From contig JASGJH010000001.1 in the NCBI GenBank assembly GCA_047601445.1, positions 8,960,001 to 9,024,000 of the forward strand: a stretch of 64,000 nt of DNA, read 5' to 3'. Both the position numbers and the translations under genes were made by a program. A model generated the notes under the pieces. The model did not search any database. It had not been told where the DNA came from and worked only from the letters and a program-made list of their open reading frames with translations. The number at the start of each line of letters is the position of its first letter. Positions within the stretch are counted from its first letter, which is position 1. Positions 28,533-36,454 of this stretch are shown here, piece after piece. This DNA comes from Myxococcales bacterium (GTDB lineage: Bacteria > Myxococcota_A > Polyangia > Polyangiales > DASUME01).

Positions 28533-29935
28533 GGGGTGGTCGTAGCTTGGGGACCCTGAAGGACTTCGACGATGCTCCACACGGGATTGGCCGCCCAGCG
28601 CCCGGTCCAGAGCGGGAGCGCCAGGTCTTCGTCCCATGCGGACGCATCGGGGCCGAGTTTGCGAAGCACGAGATTGGCAGACGCCGTGGAGTAGGTGAGC
28701 AGGTAAGCGGCTTCCGCGTATTCGAATGGAGCGATGCGGTCTATGCCAGATTCCCAGGTCCCATCGAACGCCGAAGCCAGAGCCCAGATATTCTCGCTGG
28801 GCTTCACGATGCGACGGATCGTCACGCTGCCCGAGGCCTCGACCGTCGACGGGATCGCGTAGCCACTTTTACCCGCAACGATGTAGGCCTGGCCCGTGTG
28901 CGTGAAGCTCTCGAAACGATCCCAGCCGGTGGACCAGTGCAGGCCCTTCGCAACGGATGTGATGACGAGGTGGTCCGCCTGCCTGTCGAGTCGCAACAGC
29001 TCGATTTCCCCGCCGCGCTCATTGCCGAAGCGGAAGAGGTAGCTGAGGCCTCCCAGCTCGAACGTCTCGATAGCGGACCAGGTTGGCGCGTTGATTGGCG
29101 CATTCGCCTGGTCGAGCACACGGTCGAGTGCGAGGGAGGTGCGGGCCTCATCGAATCGCATCCACTCGATCCGGAGATGTCCCGCCGCTTCGGCTTCCGT
29201 TTCTGCGGCACCCGTTTTGTAGCGCAACAAGTAGGGCTTGCCCTCGAGTACGAAAACCTCGAGTTCGTCCCAGCCGCGCGACCAGTTCTCTTCGTACAGT
29301 GGGTGCCCGAGACTGCCGTCGGACAGGACTGGGGAGATGCGGGCAACACACGGGTCGTTTCCGCAACGGCTCTTGTGCTGCAGCACGTATTGCCGGTCGC
29401 CCCACACGAACGGCATGGCGTGCGTGAAGCCTTCAGAGAGATGGGCGGTGAAAGGAAACGCGCTGGTCACCGTCAGCGGCTGCGGAGTCATGGGGCCCGT
29501 TTGAAAAAGGCCGGTCGCCCCCTTCATCCGCAAGATCCTCGGTCCTTCGAACTTGAACTCCGCGTCCGTGGCATCGCGACCATGGACACCGCGACAGACG
29601 TCCAGCCCCATCTCCGAACACGAGTCGAAGCGTGAGACGCAGCCCGCCTCACAGGTGCAAGCACGACACTCTTCATCGCTCCCGGGCGCGCCGCACGCTG
29701 AGTTGCAGAACTCCAGCACGCAGGCGCTCTCCGCGGCGATGCAGGTCTCACAGCCCTTGAGGCCAATCGAGCTGCGGATACAGGAGCTCGGGTCGCAGGT
29801 GCCAGCATCGCAGACCTGCTCGATGCAGTGGCCCATGAGCGCGACGGATCCGTCTTCTACATGGAAATCATGCCAAATGCGTTTCGCTAGGGCTCGCCTT
29901 CGCGGTTGGGCCGCAACTCGCACGCTCGTCGACAA
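28529..29935 (-). CDS. Cys-rich domain plus beta-propeller-like repeat protein; 5' end uncertain or truncated
   Basis: 15-Cys domain homologous to the downstream gene; 5-6 repeats of W-x-x-G-W-x3-F-x3-G-x2-Y-L-L. No signal peptide in frame. Confidence 0.65.
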   Translation of the reverse strand: MSTSVRVAAQPRRRALAKRIWHDFHVEDGSVALMGHCIEQVCDAGTCDPSSCIRSSIGLKGCETCIAAESACVLEFCNSACGAPGSDEECRACTCEAGCVSRFDSCSEMGLDVCRGVHGRDATDAEFKFEGPRILRMKGATGLFQTGPMTPQPLTVTSAFPFTAHLSEGFTHAMPFVWGDRQYVLQHKSRCGNDPCVARISPVLSDGSLGHPLYEENWSRGWDELEVFVLEGKPYLLRYKTGAAETEAEAAGHLRIEWMRFDEARTSLALDRVLDQANAPINAPTWSAIETFELGGLSYLFRFGNERGGEIELLRLDRQADHLVITSVAKGLHWSTGWDRFESFTHTGQAYIVAGKSGYAIPSTVEASGSVTIRRIVKPSENIWALASAFDGTWESGIDRIAPFEYAEAAYLLTYSTASANLVLRKLGPDASAWDEDLALPLWTGRWAANPVWSIVEVLQGPQATTTP

Positions 29936-30420
29936 CGAGTTTCAACACCGCCTTCTCCCGTCCCCACAGCAGAAAGAACCCGTGAGCCCCATGCGTTCTG
30001 AGTTCCTCGAGCTTGGCTAGCGTGTCCTCGCTCGGCTGAACTATCTCGAGCGCCGCGACCTTCTGCTCGTTGCTCGCGATCCGCTGCCCCGCCGCGATTC
30101 CGGCCCCGATCCCCTCCAACCCCATCGCGACCCCGAAATCGAAGTCCTCGTTCACCAGCACCGGCGCGTTCTCAAGCCACCTACCGCCCTCGAGCAGTAC
30201 GGGTCCACCCCAGTGCCGTACTTCGCGATCACTTCCTGGCTCGACATCTCCCCAAGCGGAGGAGTGGGTGGGCACCGCTTTTCTCTGCGACCTTGGACGG
30301 CGGCTCGCGAACTGCCGGCATCACCCCTGTTGCCGACCGCGCGACGGGAACCGAATGGGCACAAGCGAACGTCATGGAAGCGAGCACGCACGCAGCGAGA
30401 GGCCAAGGCTGAACGGTCAC
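29868..30420 (-). pseudogene. Possibly frameshifted or decayed secreted-protein gene
   Basis: Signal/lipobox-like segment (LAACVLASMTFAC) in one frame, protein-like 135-aa segment (29868-30275) in another. No single continuous ORF. Confidence 0.3.
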
Positions 30421-30634
30421 GGGGGCTCTATTGCACAAACGAGTCCAAGGAGAAGAGATTGTGCATTCGAGCGCCAAAAGCACGGAAAGATCGGGGCCGA
30501 CGGCTGCTCCGAGTTTCGTGCGAGTCGTGAGTTTGCCCGTCGAATCCGGTCGGGGTGATTTTGTCCGAAAGGTTCTCCGAACTCAGTCGGCCGAATTGAA
30601 CCTGCAGAAATGCCTGAGCTACAGTCGCGGGTCC

Positions 30635-31279
30635 ATGCTCGCTCGCTCGTTCTCTGTTCGCTGTTGGTTACTCCTGACGCTGTTCCTGCAGTTCTCCGTG
30701 GCACATCACGCGCTTGCGCAAAACGCCGCCCCCGCTGCGCCTGTGGCGCCTGCCGTTGTCCCCGCGGTGCCCGTAGCGCCTGCCGTTCCCGCGCCGGCTC
30801 TTTCATCCGAGCAGCCTCCCGCACCTGTACCCGATGCGGTGCCTCCGGCGGCCACGTCAGCCGAGCCTGTTCCCGCCGCCCCTGATTCGGATGTAGCCGT
30901 CCTGGCCCCCCAAGCGTCCTGCCCGCCCTCGCTCATCGCCCACGAGCTAGCGCGCATGTCCAGCGAGATCGCAGCGCTCCGCAATCAACTCGCAGCTACC
31001 ACCGCCACCAAGCGACAACACAACGCAGCCTGGGTCGCGACCATGGAAGAGAAGCGCGCGTTCTATCCCGTCGGTCGGCTCTCCACCATTTTTGCGGTCG
31101 GAGCCACTCTCACTGCCCTCAGCATTTACGGCATGGTGAAGTCGGACGCTCACATCGGAACGATCATCGGCTTTACCCTGAGCGCCTCGCTCACGGGCGG
31201 CGCCCTCGTTCACCTGACCAAGGCGGTCAAGAAGCGTCGGGAGATCACACGCGAGATTGAAGCCGCCATGGCTCGCTAA
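30635..31279 (+). CDS. Hypothetical exported/membrane protein (signal peptide, Pro/Ala linker, two C-terminal TM helices)
   Basis: MLARSF...LLLTLFLQFSVAHHALA-Q signal, APAAPVAP repeats, two hydrophobic helices, basic tail. Confidence 0.7.
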   Translation: MLARSFSVRCWLLLTLFLQFSVAHHALAQNAAPAAPVAPAVVPAVPVAPAVPAPALSSEQPPAPVPDAVPPAATSAEPVPAAPDSDVAVLAPQASCPPSLIAHELARMSSEIAALRNQLAATTATKRQHNAAWVATMEEKRAFYPVGRLSTIFAVGATLTALSIYGMVKSDAHIGTIIGFTLSASLTGGALVHLTKAVKKRREITREIEAAMAR

Positions 31280-31352
31280 GCACAGGTTCGTAGGCGGCCC
31301 TGCCCCGTTCTTGGCGCGCCCCCCACTTGCCCGCTAAGACTCCCGCTCGGCC

Positions 31353-32420
31353 GTGCCCCTCACCTCGTCCTTCATCTTCACACTCTGCCAACGCGGCGCC
31401 GAGCCTGCGCTCAAGGCCGAGTTCGCTCGCATCGCGCCCGACTATCGCCCCGCGTTCCAGCGTCCGGGCCTCGTCACCTTCAAGCTTCCACAGCCCGCTG
31501 CCCCCGAGCTCGCGCTGAGCTCGGTGTTCGCCCGCGCCTACGGTCTCTCTCTTGGCAGCGTTACCGATGTCGCTTCCGTTGCAGCTGCCATCGCGGACTT
31601 GCCGAAGCCTCTGTGCCTGCATGTCGTGGAGCCCGATCGCTATCGTCCGGACGAAGAGCCTCCCGGCGTTGAACTGGGAGCCCACGCCCGTGAGGTCGAA
31701 GCCGAGCTGCGTGCTGCGCTGCCCGAGGCGTTCACGCCGAGCCCCATCGCTACCGCAAAGCAACTCGTGCTCACCGTGATGAGCTCACCGGGTGAGCCCC
31801 TGACTCTGGGCGTGCACCGCCACGCCCGAGGTCGCTGTCCGTACCCGGGCGGGCGCTTTCCCATCGTCGTTCCCTCCGAGTCGCCCTCACGTGCCTACGC
31901 CAAGATTGAAGAAGCCATCGTCACGTTCGGGTTGCCCGTGCGCGCAGGCGACGTGGCCCTGGAGATTGGCGCGGCCCCCGGAGGTGCGACCTACGCGCTG
32001 CTTCAGCGCGGCGTCACGGTGAACGGCGTGGATCCAGCGGACATGGAGCCGAGCGTGATGGCATTCGAGGGGCCCCAGCGCGCTCGACTCACCCACCACG
32101 CCGTCCCCGTCGCGGCCCTCACGCGAGAGATGTTGCCGGCTCACGTAGACTGGCTGTTGCTCGACGTGCACTTGGCGCCTCAAGTGGCGTTGCGCTCCGC
32201 TCGACGCATGGCGAGCTGGTATCGCAAGAGTTTGCTCGGCGCGGTGCTCACGCTGAAGCTCAACGACTGGTCGTTTGCAGACCAGGTGGACTCGTTCCTC
32301 CAGCAAGCGCAGGAGATGGGCCTGCAGGAGCCGCGCGCCAAGCAGTTCGTCAGTCATCGGCAGGAGCTCGCGGTGGTGGGCCTCACGTCGCGCGGGCAAA
32401 AGCGCGGTCGAAAGGGCTGA
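31353..32420 (+). CDS. FtsJ/RlmM-like RNA 2'-O-methyltransferase
   Basis: PSRAYAKIEEA, ALEIGAAPGG, VDPA, LLDV, TLKL, RQE (K-D-K-E tetrad). Confidence 0.8.
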   Translation: MPLTSSFIFTLCQRGAEPALKAEFARIAPDYRPAFQRPGLVTFKLPQPAAPELALSSVFARAYGLSLGSVTDVASVAAAIADLPKPLCLHVVEPDRYRPDEEPPGVELGAHAREVEAELRAALPEAFTPSPIATAKQLVLTVMSSPGEPLTLGVHRHARGRCPYPGGRFPIVVPSESPSRAYAKIEEAIVTFGLPVRAGDVALEIGAAPGGATYALLQRGVTVNGVDPADMEPSVMAFEGPQRARLTHHAVPVAALTREMLPAHVDWLLLDVHLAPQVALRSARRMASWYRKSLLGAVLTLKLNDWSFADQVDSFLQQAQEMGLQEPRAKQFVSHRQELAVVGLTSRGQKRGRKG

Positions 32421-32437
32421 GCGACTTCGATGTCGCT

Positions 32438-32659
32438 TCAACTCGACTTGGCGGTGCCCACGGCCCCGGACTGAAACTCGCGGACCTGGGCCAAGCGCAA
32501 CAGCTCGAACATGGACGTGATGACGTCGGCTAGTCGGTCGACCTCCGCTTCGCTGAGCATGATGGGGCCAGCGCTGCCGATGGGCGAGTCGAGCCATACG
32601 ACGACCTGCTGAGCGTAGCCTTCTTCGAACTCGAGCGTGAAAGAGCCATGAAGTGACAC
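32438..32659 (-). CDS. Small hypothetical protein (73 aa) downstream of the cro-like gene
   Basis: GTG start preceded by a perfect AAGGAGG; protein-like sequence SLHGSFTLEFEEGYAQQVVVWLDSP...EVDRLADVITSMFELLR. Confidence 0.65.
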   Translation of the reverse strand: MSLHGSFTLEFEEGYAQQVVVWLDSPIGSAGPIMLSEAEVDRLADVITSMFELLRLAQVREFQSGAVGTAKSS

Positions 32660-32717
32660 GTTAGAGCCTCCTTGCGAGACGTTGGGGGAGAGGAACGTAC
32701 GAAAGCGAAGCAGACGA

Positions 32718-32760
32718 GGGCGCCTTCGAATGCGCCCGCAATGGCGCGCTCTACGCGCCA
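32718..32760 (-). other. Two adjacent GC-rich hairpins between the cro-like gene and the small ORF
   Basis: GGGCGC-8-GCGCCC (32718-32737) and TGGCGCG-5-CGCGCCA (32742-32760). Confidence 0.45.
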
Positions 32761-32771
32761 AGGATTCAGCG

Positions 32772-33008
32772 TCAGCCCGTCAATAGAGCGCCGCCGAGGG
32801 GAGATGAGCGCGAGAGCTGGTTGAAGAGCTCGCCGACGGGACATTCGAACACGCTCGCGATGCGCTCGAGGTCGTTGGCGTCCGGGACCGAAAGTCCGCG
32901 TTCCCACCGCGAGATGGTCTGCGGATCTCTCTTGATGTTGCGCGCCAGCTGCTGCGCGCTCACGCCGCGGGCACGCCTCATTTGTGCGATGCGTTGACCA
33001 ATATGCAT
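32772..33008 (-). CDS. XRE/HTH_3 transcriptional regulator, Cro-like (78 aa)
   Basis: IGQRIAQMRRARGVSAQQLARNIKRDPQTISRWERGLSVPDANDLERIASVFECPVGEL. Confidence 0.9.
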   Translation of the reverse strand: MHIGQRIAQMRRARGVSAQQLARNIKRDPQTISRWERGLSVPDANDLERIASVFECPVGELFNQLSRSSPLGGALLTG

Positions 33009-33098
33009 TGACCAACAATTGGTTGTTGATGACTAGCTGTCAACGTTGATTGTTGTGTGCGGGCGATTCCGTCATGCTCGCTAGGCAAAAATGCCTAG
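33009..33098. promoter_or_regulatory. Divergent promoter/operator region
   Basis: AT-rich. CAACAA-TTGG-TTGTTG (33013-33028); CAACGTTGATTGTTG (33041-33055); minus-strand TTGACA at 33043-33038; CTAGGCA-AAAA-TGCCTAG (33081-33098). Confidence 0.7.
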
Positions 33099-33723
33099 GC
33101 GTGGAAGAGATCCCGAGCAGGTGCGGGAAGCAGTGGGTGGACGGGTCGTCGCGGCGCGCAGGCGCATAGGCCTGACCCAGGTGCAGCTGGCGCAGGCGGT
33201 GGGCGTGGATGGCCAAACGATCTCGAAGATCGAGCGCGGCCTGCAAACGCCCACCGGCACTACGCTGCGCGGGTTGTCCGAGGTACTGCGCGTGTCCTCG
33301 AGCCACTTGCTCGGCGAGGGGGACGGCTGGGGCGAAGTGCGTGCGAGCAAGGCGACGGCGCCCGCGGATCTCACGCAGCAAGGGCGTCGCATGATCGAGG
33401 AGTACCTCGGCAGCACCCACGGACGTTCGGCGCCCAAGGACGTGAAGGCGCGGCTGCGGGAGGGCCAGGTCTTCACCTCGCTCGGGGTCACCTCTCCGGG
33501 CTGGCGAGACGTCGAAGACCTGCGCAACATCCTCGAGCGACAAAGCTCACAGGGGGCGGCAAGTCCGTCTGCGCTCACGGCTCGGGATGGGGCGCGAAAG
33601 CTCGGCAATTCCTATCGCCGCGGCAGAACGGCGCAGGAAGACGACGCGAGTTTGGCAGTGGAACCTCTTCCACGGTCGGCGGCGCGGAAGACGAAGCGCC
33701 CGCGCAAGCGACGCGACGGCTGA
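33091..33723 (+). CDS. XRE/HTH_3 regulator with a C-terminal extension, CI-like position
   Basis: VGGRVVAARRRIGLTQVQLAQAVGVDGQTISKIERGLQTPTGTTLRGLSEVLRVSSSHLLG, then an unknown helical domain and a basic tail. Confidence 0.88.
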   Translation: MPRRGRDPEQVREAVGGRVVAARRRIGLTQVQLAQAVGVDGQTISKIERGLQTPTGTTLRGLSEVLRVSSSHLLGEGDGWGEVRASKATAPADLTQQGRRMIEEYLGSTHGRSAPKDVKARLREGQVFTSLGVTSPGWRDVEDLRNILERQSSQGAASPSALTARDGARKLGNSYRRGRTAQEDDASLAVEPLPRSAARKTKRPRKRRDG

Positions 33724-33952
33724 AGGCAGCGCGCCCGCGGCGTTCCGGAGCAAGCCAGGTTTCAGCGTGCTCCGCGCGCCAAGGCAGGCGTGTTTTCGTG
33801 AGCCTCGCCGCGAACCGAGCGCACACCACTGCGAGCCCATGAAACAATTCTGCGTGCGTGAAAGAGACTTCGCCATCGTGGGAACCGGGGGGCCCCGGCC
33901 GAGCCGCGCCCCGTCACCCGTCTTTCAGGGTGATCCTCGCTAGAATCGCGGG

Positions 33953-34064
33953 TTTTTCCTGGCACAAAGGTCCGCGAAGCTCGAGGTGCGTGATCGCGTC
34001 AGCGATGCGCGCGCTCTCAAGTGCTTCTGCCCGGTCATTGGGAGGTGGCCGGGCTTCTTTATTT
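33953..34064 (+). ncRNA. Candidate small RNA or structured leader
   Basis: TAGAAT -10-like hexamer at 33941-33946, long irregular hairpin 33976-34027, then a terminator. Confidence 0.35.
34029..34064 (+). terminator. Intrinsic terminator
   Basis: GCCCGGTCATT-GGGA-GGTGGCCGGGC (11 bp, 3 G-U pairs, GNRA loop) followed by TTCTTTATTT. Confidence 0.75.
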
Positions 34065-34123
34065 CGTGCTCCGAGCTTTCCGAATTTCTCGCGGTAGGGT
34101 GGAGAGTGCCGAAACAAACGTCG

Positions 34124-35065
34124 ATGACGATGGCCTTGCCGGATGGTGCGCTCGACGTCGAGCTCGCGTGGGCTCTGCTACTTACTCTCGCTCAGAAGGC
34201 GCGCGAAGGCCGTCCGTTGACGCGTGAAGCGGGCTTTGCGCTGGTGCGCGACGGCTTCCGCCAAGTGCCCATCGAAGACGCTCTGTGCATCATCAACCCG
34301 CGTGCCACCCCTGGCCGCCAAGTCGAGGTGCGGCGGCGCCTCACGGTGCATCCGGACGTTCGCGGTCTGTTCGAGCTCTATCTGCCGCTCGTGATTGGGG
34401 AACGTGCGAGAGAGCTCACGGTGGGCCACCTGGGACCGGACTCCGACGAGTCGCGTTCCCAGTCAGGGGAGGGGCAAGCGCTCCAGCCGGCCCGTGAGGA
34501 GCAGCTCCACACCCACCGCATGCGGGCCTTGTTCGATGCCACGATCCTCGGTGTCCGCACGGTGCTCTGGGACGATCCATTGGTCACCACTCGACTCGTG
34601 CCCGGGCCTCATCCCACGCGCGTCATCCTCGACCCGCACGGGCGACTCGAGAGCGCTCGCAGGGTGCTCACCGAGCCCGACGCGCACACCATCGTGTGTG
34701 TCGACCCCGCGCTCCTGCCGCAGCGCACGAACCAGGGCCACCTCGATTACCTTGGGATCCCCACGGGGCCCGACGGCTTCGAGGCGTCCGCGCTATTGCA
34801 CGCTCTGCGCAGCAGGTTCGGGTTGCGCCGTATCTTCGTGGAAGGCGGGAGCACCACGGTCTCGCGGTTGGCTGGCGCGGGTCTCCTCGATCGCGTGCAG
34901 GTCAGCGTGGCGCCCGTGGTGCTTGGCTCGGGGCCGGTGCTGCGACTGTCGCCCTTGAACGCGCTCAAAGAGACGCTCTCGCCGAGCTGTCGTCATCTGC
35001 GCCTCGGCACGGAAGCCTTCTTCGACTTCGACCTCGTCAGTACGCCGGGTGCCCTGCAGGCCTGA
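34124..35065 (+). CDS. RibD C-terminal (reductase/DHFR-like) domain protein, degenerate
   Basis: HRMRALFDATILGVRTVLWDDPLVTTR, PTRVILDPHGRL, IFVEGGSTTV, LLDRVQVSVAPVVLGSG. Confidence 0.8.
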   Translation: MTMALPDGALDVELAWALLLTLAQKAREGRPLTREAGFALVRDGFRQVPIEDALCIINPRATPGRQVEVRRRLTVHPDVRGLFELYLPLVIGERARELTVGHLGPDSDESRSQSGEGQALQPAREEQLHTHRMRALFDATILGVRTVLWDDPLVTTRLVPGPHPTRVILDPHGRLESARRVLTEPDAHTIVCVDPALLPQRTNQGHLDYLGIPTGPDGFEASALLHALRSRFGLRRIFVEGGSTTVSRLAGAGLLDRVQVSVAPVVLGSGPVLRLSPLNALKETLSPSCRHLRLGTEAFFDFDLVSTPGALQA

Positions 35066-35190
35066 GCCGGCTTCGGCCGCGCGTCGGAAGGGTGAGCAGC
35101 TCCCTCGAGGATAGAAGGAAGCGGTGCTCGGGATATCCTGAGCGCTTCGACTTCTCGTGCTGGAGAGGCTGCCTCTTGGGCAGGGGAAAG

Positions 35191-35266
35191 TGGAGCCCGG
35201 AACTGGATTCGAACCAGCGACCTGCGCATTACGAATGCGCTGCTCTACCGACTGAGCTATCCGGGC
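35191..35266 (-). tRNA. tRNA-Thr(CGT)
   Basis: GCCCGGATAGCTCAGTCGGTAGAGCAGCGCATTCGTAATGCGCAGGTCGCTGGTTCGAATCCAGTTCCGGGCTCCA: 76 nt, anticodon CGT, encoded CCA. Confidence 0.98.
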
Positions 35267-35295
35267 AAGACACCGAAATCCCGAAACGGGGCGCA

Positions 35296-35324
35296 TAGGT
35301 AGCCCGCGGGGCCAGCCCTGTCAA
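35296..35324 (-). promoter_or_regulatory. Putative sigma70 promoter of tRNA-Thr
   Basis: Minus strand TTGACA-17 nt-TACCTA. Confidence 0.5.
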
Positions 35325-35378
35325 ACTCCAGTCCGGGCCACCGCGGGTGCGGTTTTTCTGGCCGAAGACGGGGGAGCG

Positions 35379-36443
35379 ATGGGTGCCACCAAGCGCGCGG
35401 GCAGCGGGGACCGCACGAGCGGCAAGTCCGTGGTTGATCTGCGTTCGGATACGCTGACCAAGCCCAGCGCCGAGATGCGCAAGGCGATGGCGGCGGCCGA
35501 GGTGGGCGATGATGTCTACGGCGAGGACCCCACCGCGCTCGAGCTCGAGGCGCGCGTGGCGGAGCTCCTGGGCAAGGAGGCGGCGCTGTTCGTTCCGTCG
35601 GGCAGCATGGGCAATCAGATCGCGCTCATGTTGCACTGCCGACGCGGCGATTCGGTGGTGGTGGGCGAGGGCACGCACTGCATGGTCTACGAAGCGGGCG
35701 CCGCGGCCGCGCTGGCTGGGGTGCAGTTCAGCGTGGCGGGGAAGGGGGGCCTGTTCTCGCCGGCCGAGCTGGAGGCGGCCTTCATCCCGGATCACGTAAG
35801 TGCGTCGCGCTCGAGGCTCGTGGTGCTCGAAAATACGCACAACCGCGCCGGGGGGCGCGTGTTCCCGCAGCCCGAGCTCGAGGAGGTCGCGCGTCGGGCG
35901 CGCGCGCTGGGGCTCGCCGTGCACATGGATGGAGCGCGGCTCTGGAACGCGGCAGCGGCCACCGGGCTCGCGCTTTCCGTGCTCGCTGCGCCGGCGGACA
36001 CCGTGAGTGTTTGTTTCTCCAAGGGGCTCGGCGCGCCGGTGGGCTCGGCGTTGCTCGGCTCCCGCGAGCTCGTGCGTGAAGCGCGCAGGCTGCGCAAGCT
36101 GCTCGGTGGCGGCATGCGGCAAGTGGGCGTGCTGTGCGCGGCGGCGCTGTTCGCGCTGGAGCATCACCGCGATCGGCTGCAGGAGGACCACGCCCTGGCA
36201 CGTCGGCTGGCTCACGGTCTCGTGGGCCTGGCTGGCTTGCGCGTGGATCCGGAAACGGTCGACACGAACATCGTCAACATCGATATCTCCGGGCTCGCTG
36301 CCGGGGCCATGGTGAGCCGGCTCGCCGAAAATGGCGTGCTGGTGAACGCGGTGGGTCAATTTCGGCTGCGCGCGGTCACCCATCGGGACCTGGAAATCAG
36401 GGATATCGACGCGGCGCTGGACGGGTTTGCGCGCTCCGTGTAG
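35379..36443 (+). CDS. ltaE: Low-specificity L-threonine aldolase
   Basis: [65 protein letters not shown]. Confidence 0.95.
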   Translation: MGATKRAGSGDRTSGKSVVDLRSDTLTKPSAEMRKAMAAAEVGDDVYGEDPTALELEARVAELLGKEAALFVPSGSMGNQIALMLHCRRGDSVVVGEGTHCMVYEAGAAAALAGVQFSVAGKGGLFSPAELEAAFIPDHVSASRSRLVVLENTHNRAGGRVFPQPELEEVARRARALGLAVHMDGARLWNAAAATGLALSVLAAPADTVSVCFSKGLGAPVGSALLGSRELVREARRLRKLLGGGMRQVGVLCAAALFALEHHRDRLQEDHALARRLAHGLVGLAGLRVDPETVDTNIVNIDISGLAAGAMVSRLAENGVLVNAVGQFRLRAVTHRDLEIRDIDAALDGFARSV

Positions 36444-36454
36444 TACCTTTGCCT

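Noticed and set aside
30177..30188. ops-like GGCGGTAG on the minus strand (and CGCGGTAGGGTG near 34090)
   Set aside because: Each mismatches GGCGGTAGnnTG and neither lies at the head of a glycan operon.
33839..33943. 34-aa ORF MKQFCVRERDF...
   Set aside because: No clear RBS and no recognisable features; cannot be supported.
33960..33975. Sigma54-like TGGCAC...GC upstream of the candidate sRNA
   Set aside because: The GG-to-GC spacing is one base off the strict -24/-12 requirement and TTGC is absent.
33900..34064. FMN or c-di-GMP riboswitch ahead of the RibD-like gene
   Set aside because: The conserved cores of these riboswitch classes are not present; kept only as an unclassified structured-RNA candidate.
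32438..35266. Intact prophage or integrative element
   Set aside because: No integrase, replication, terminase or structural genes; only the regulator pair is phage-like.
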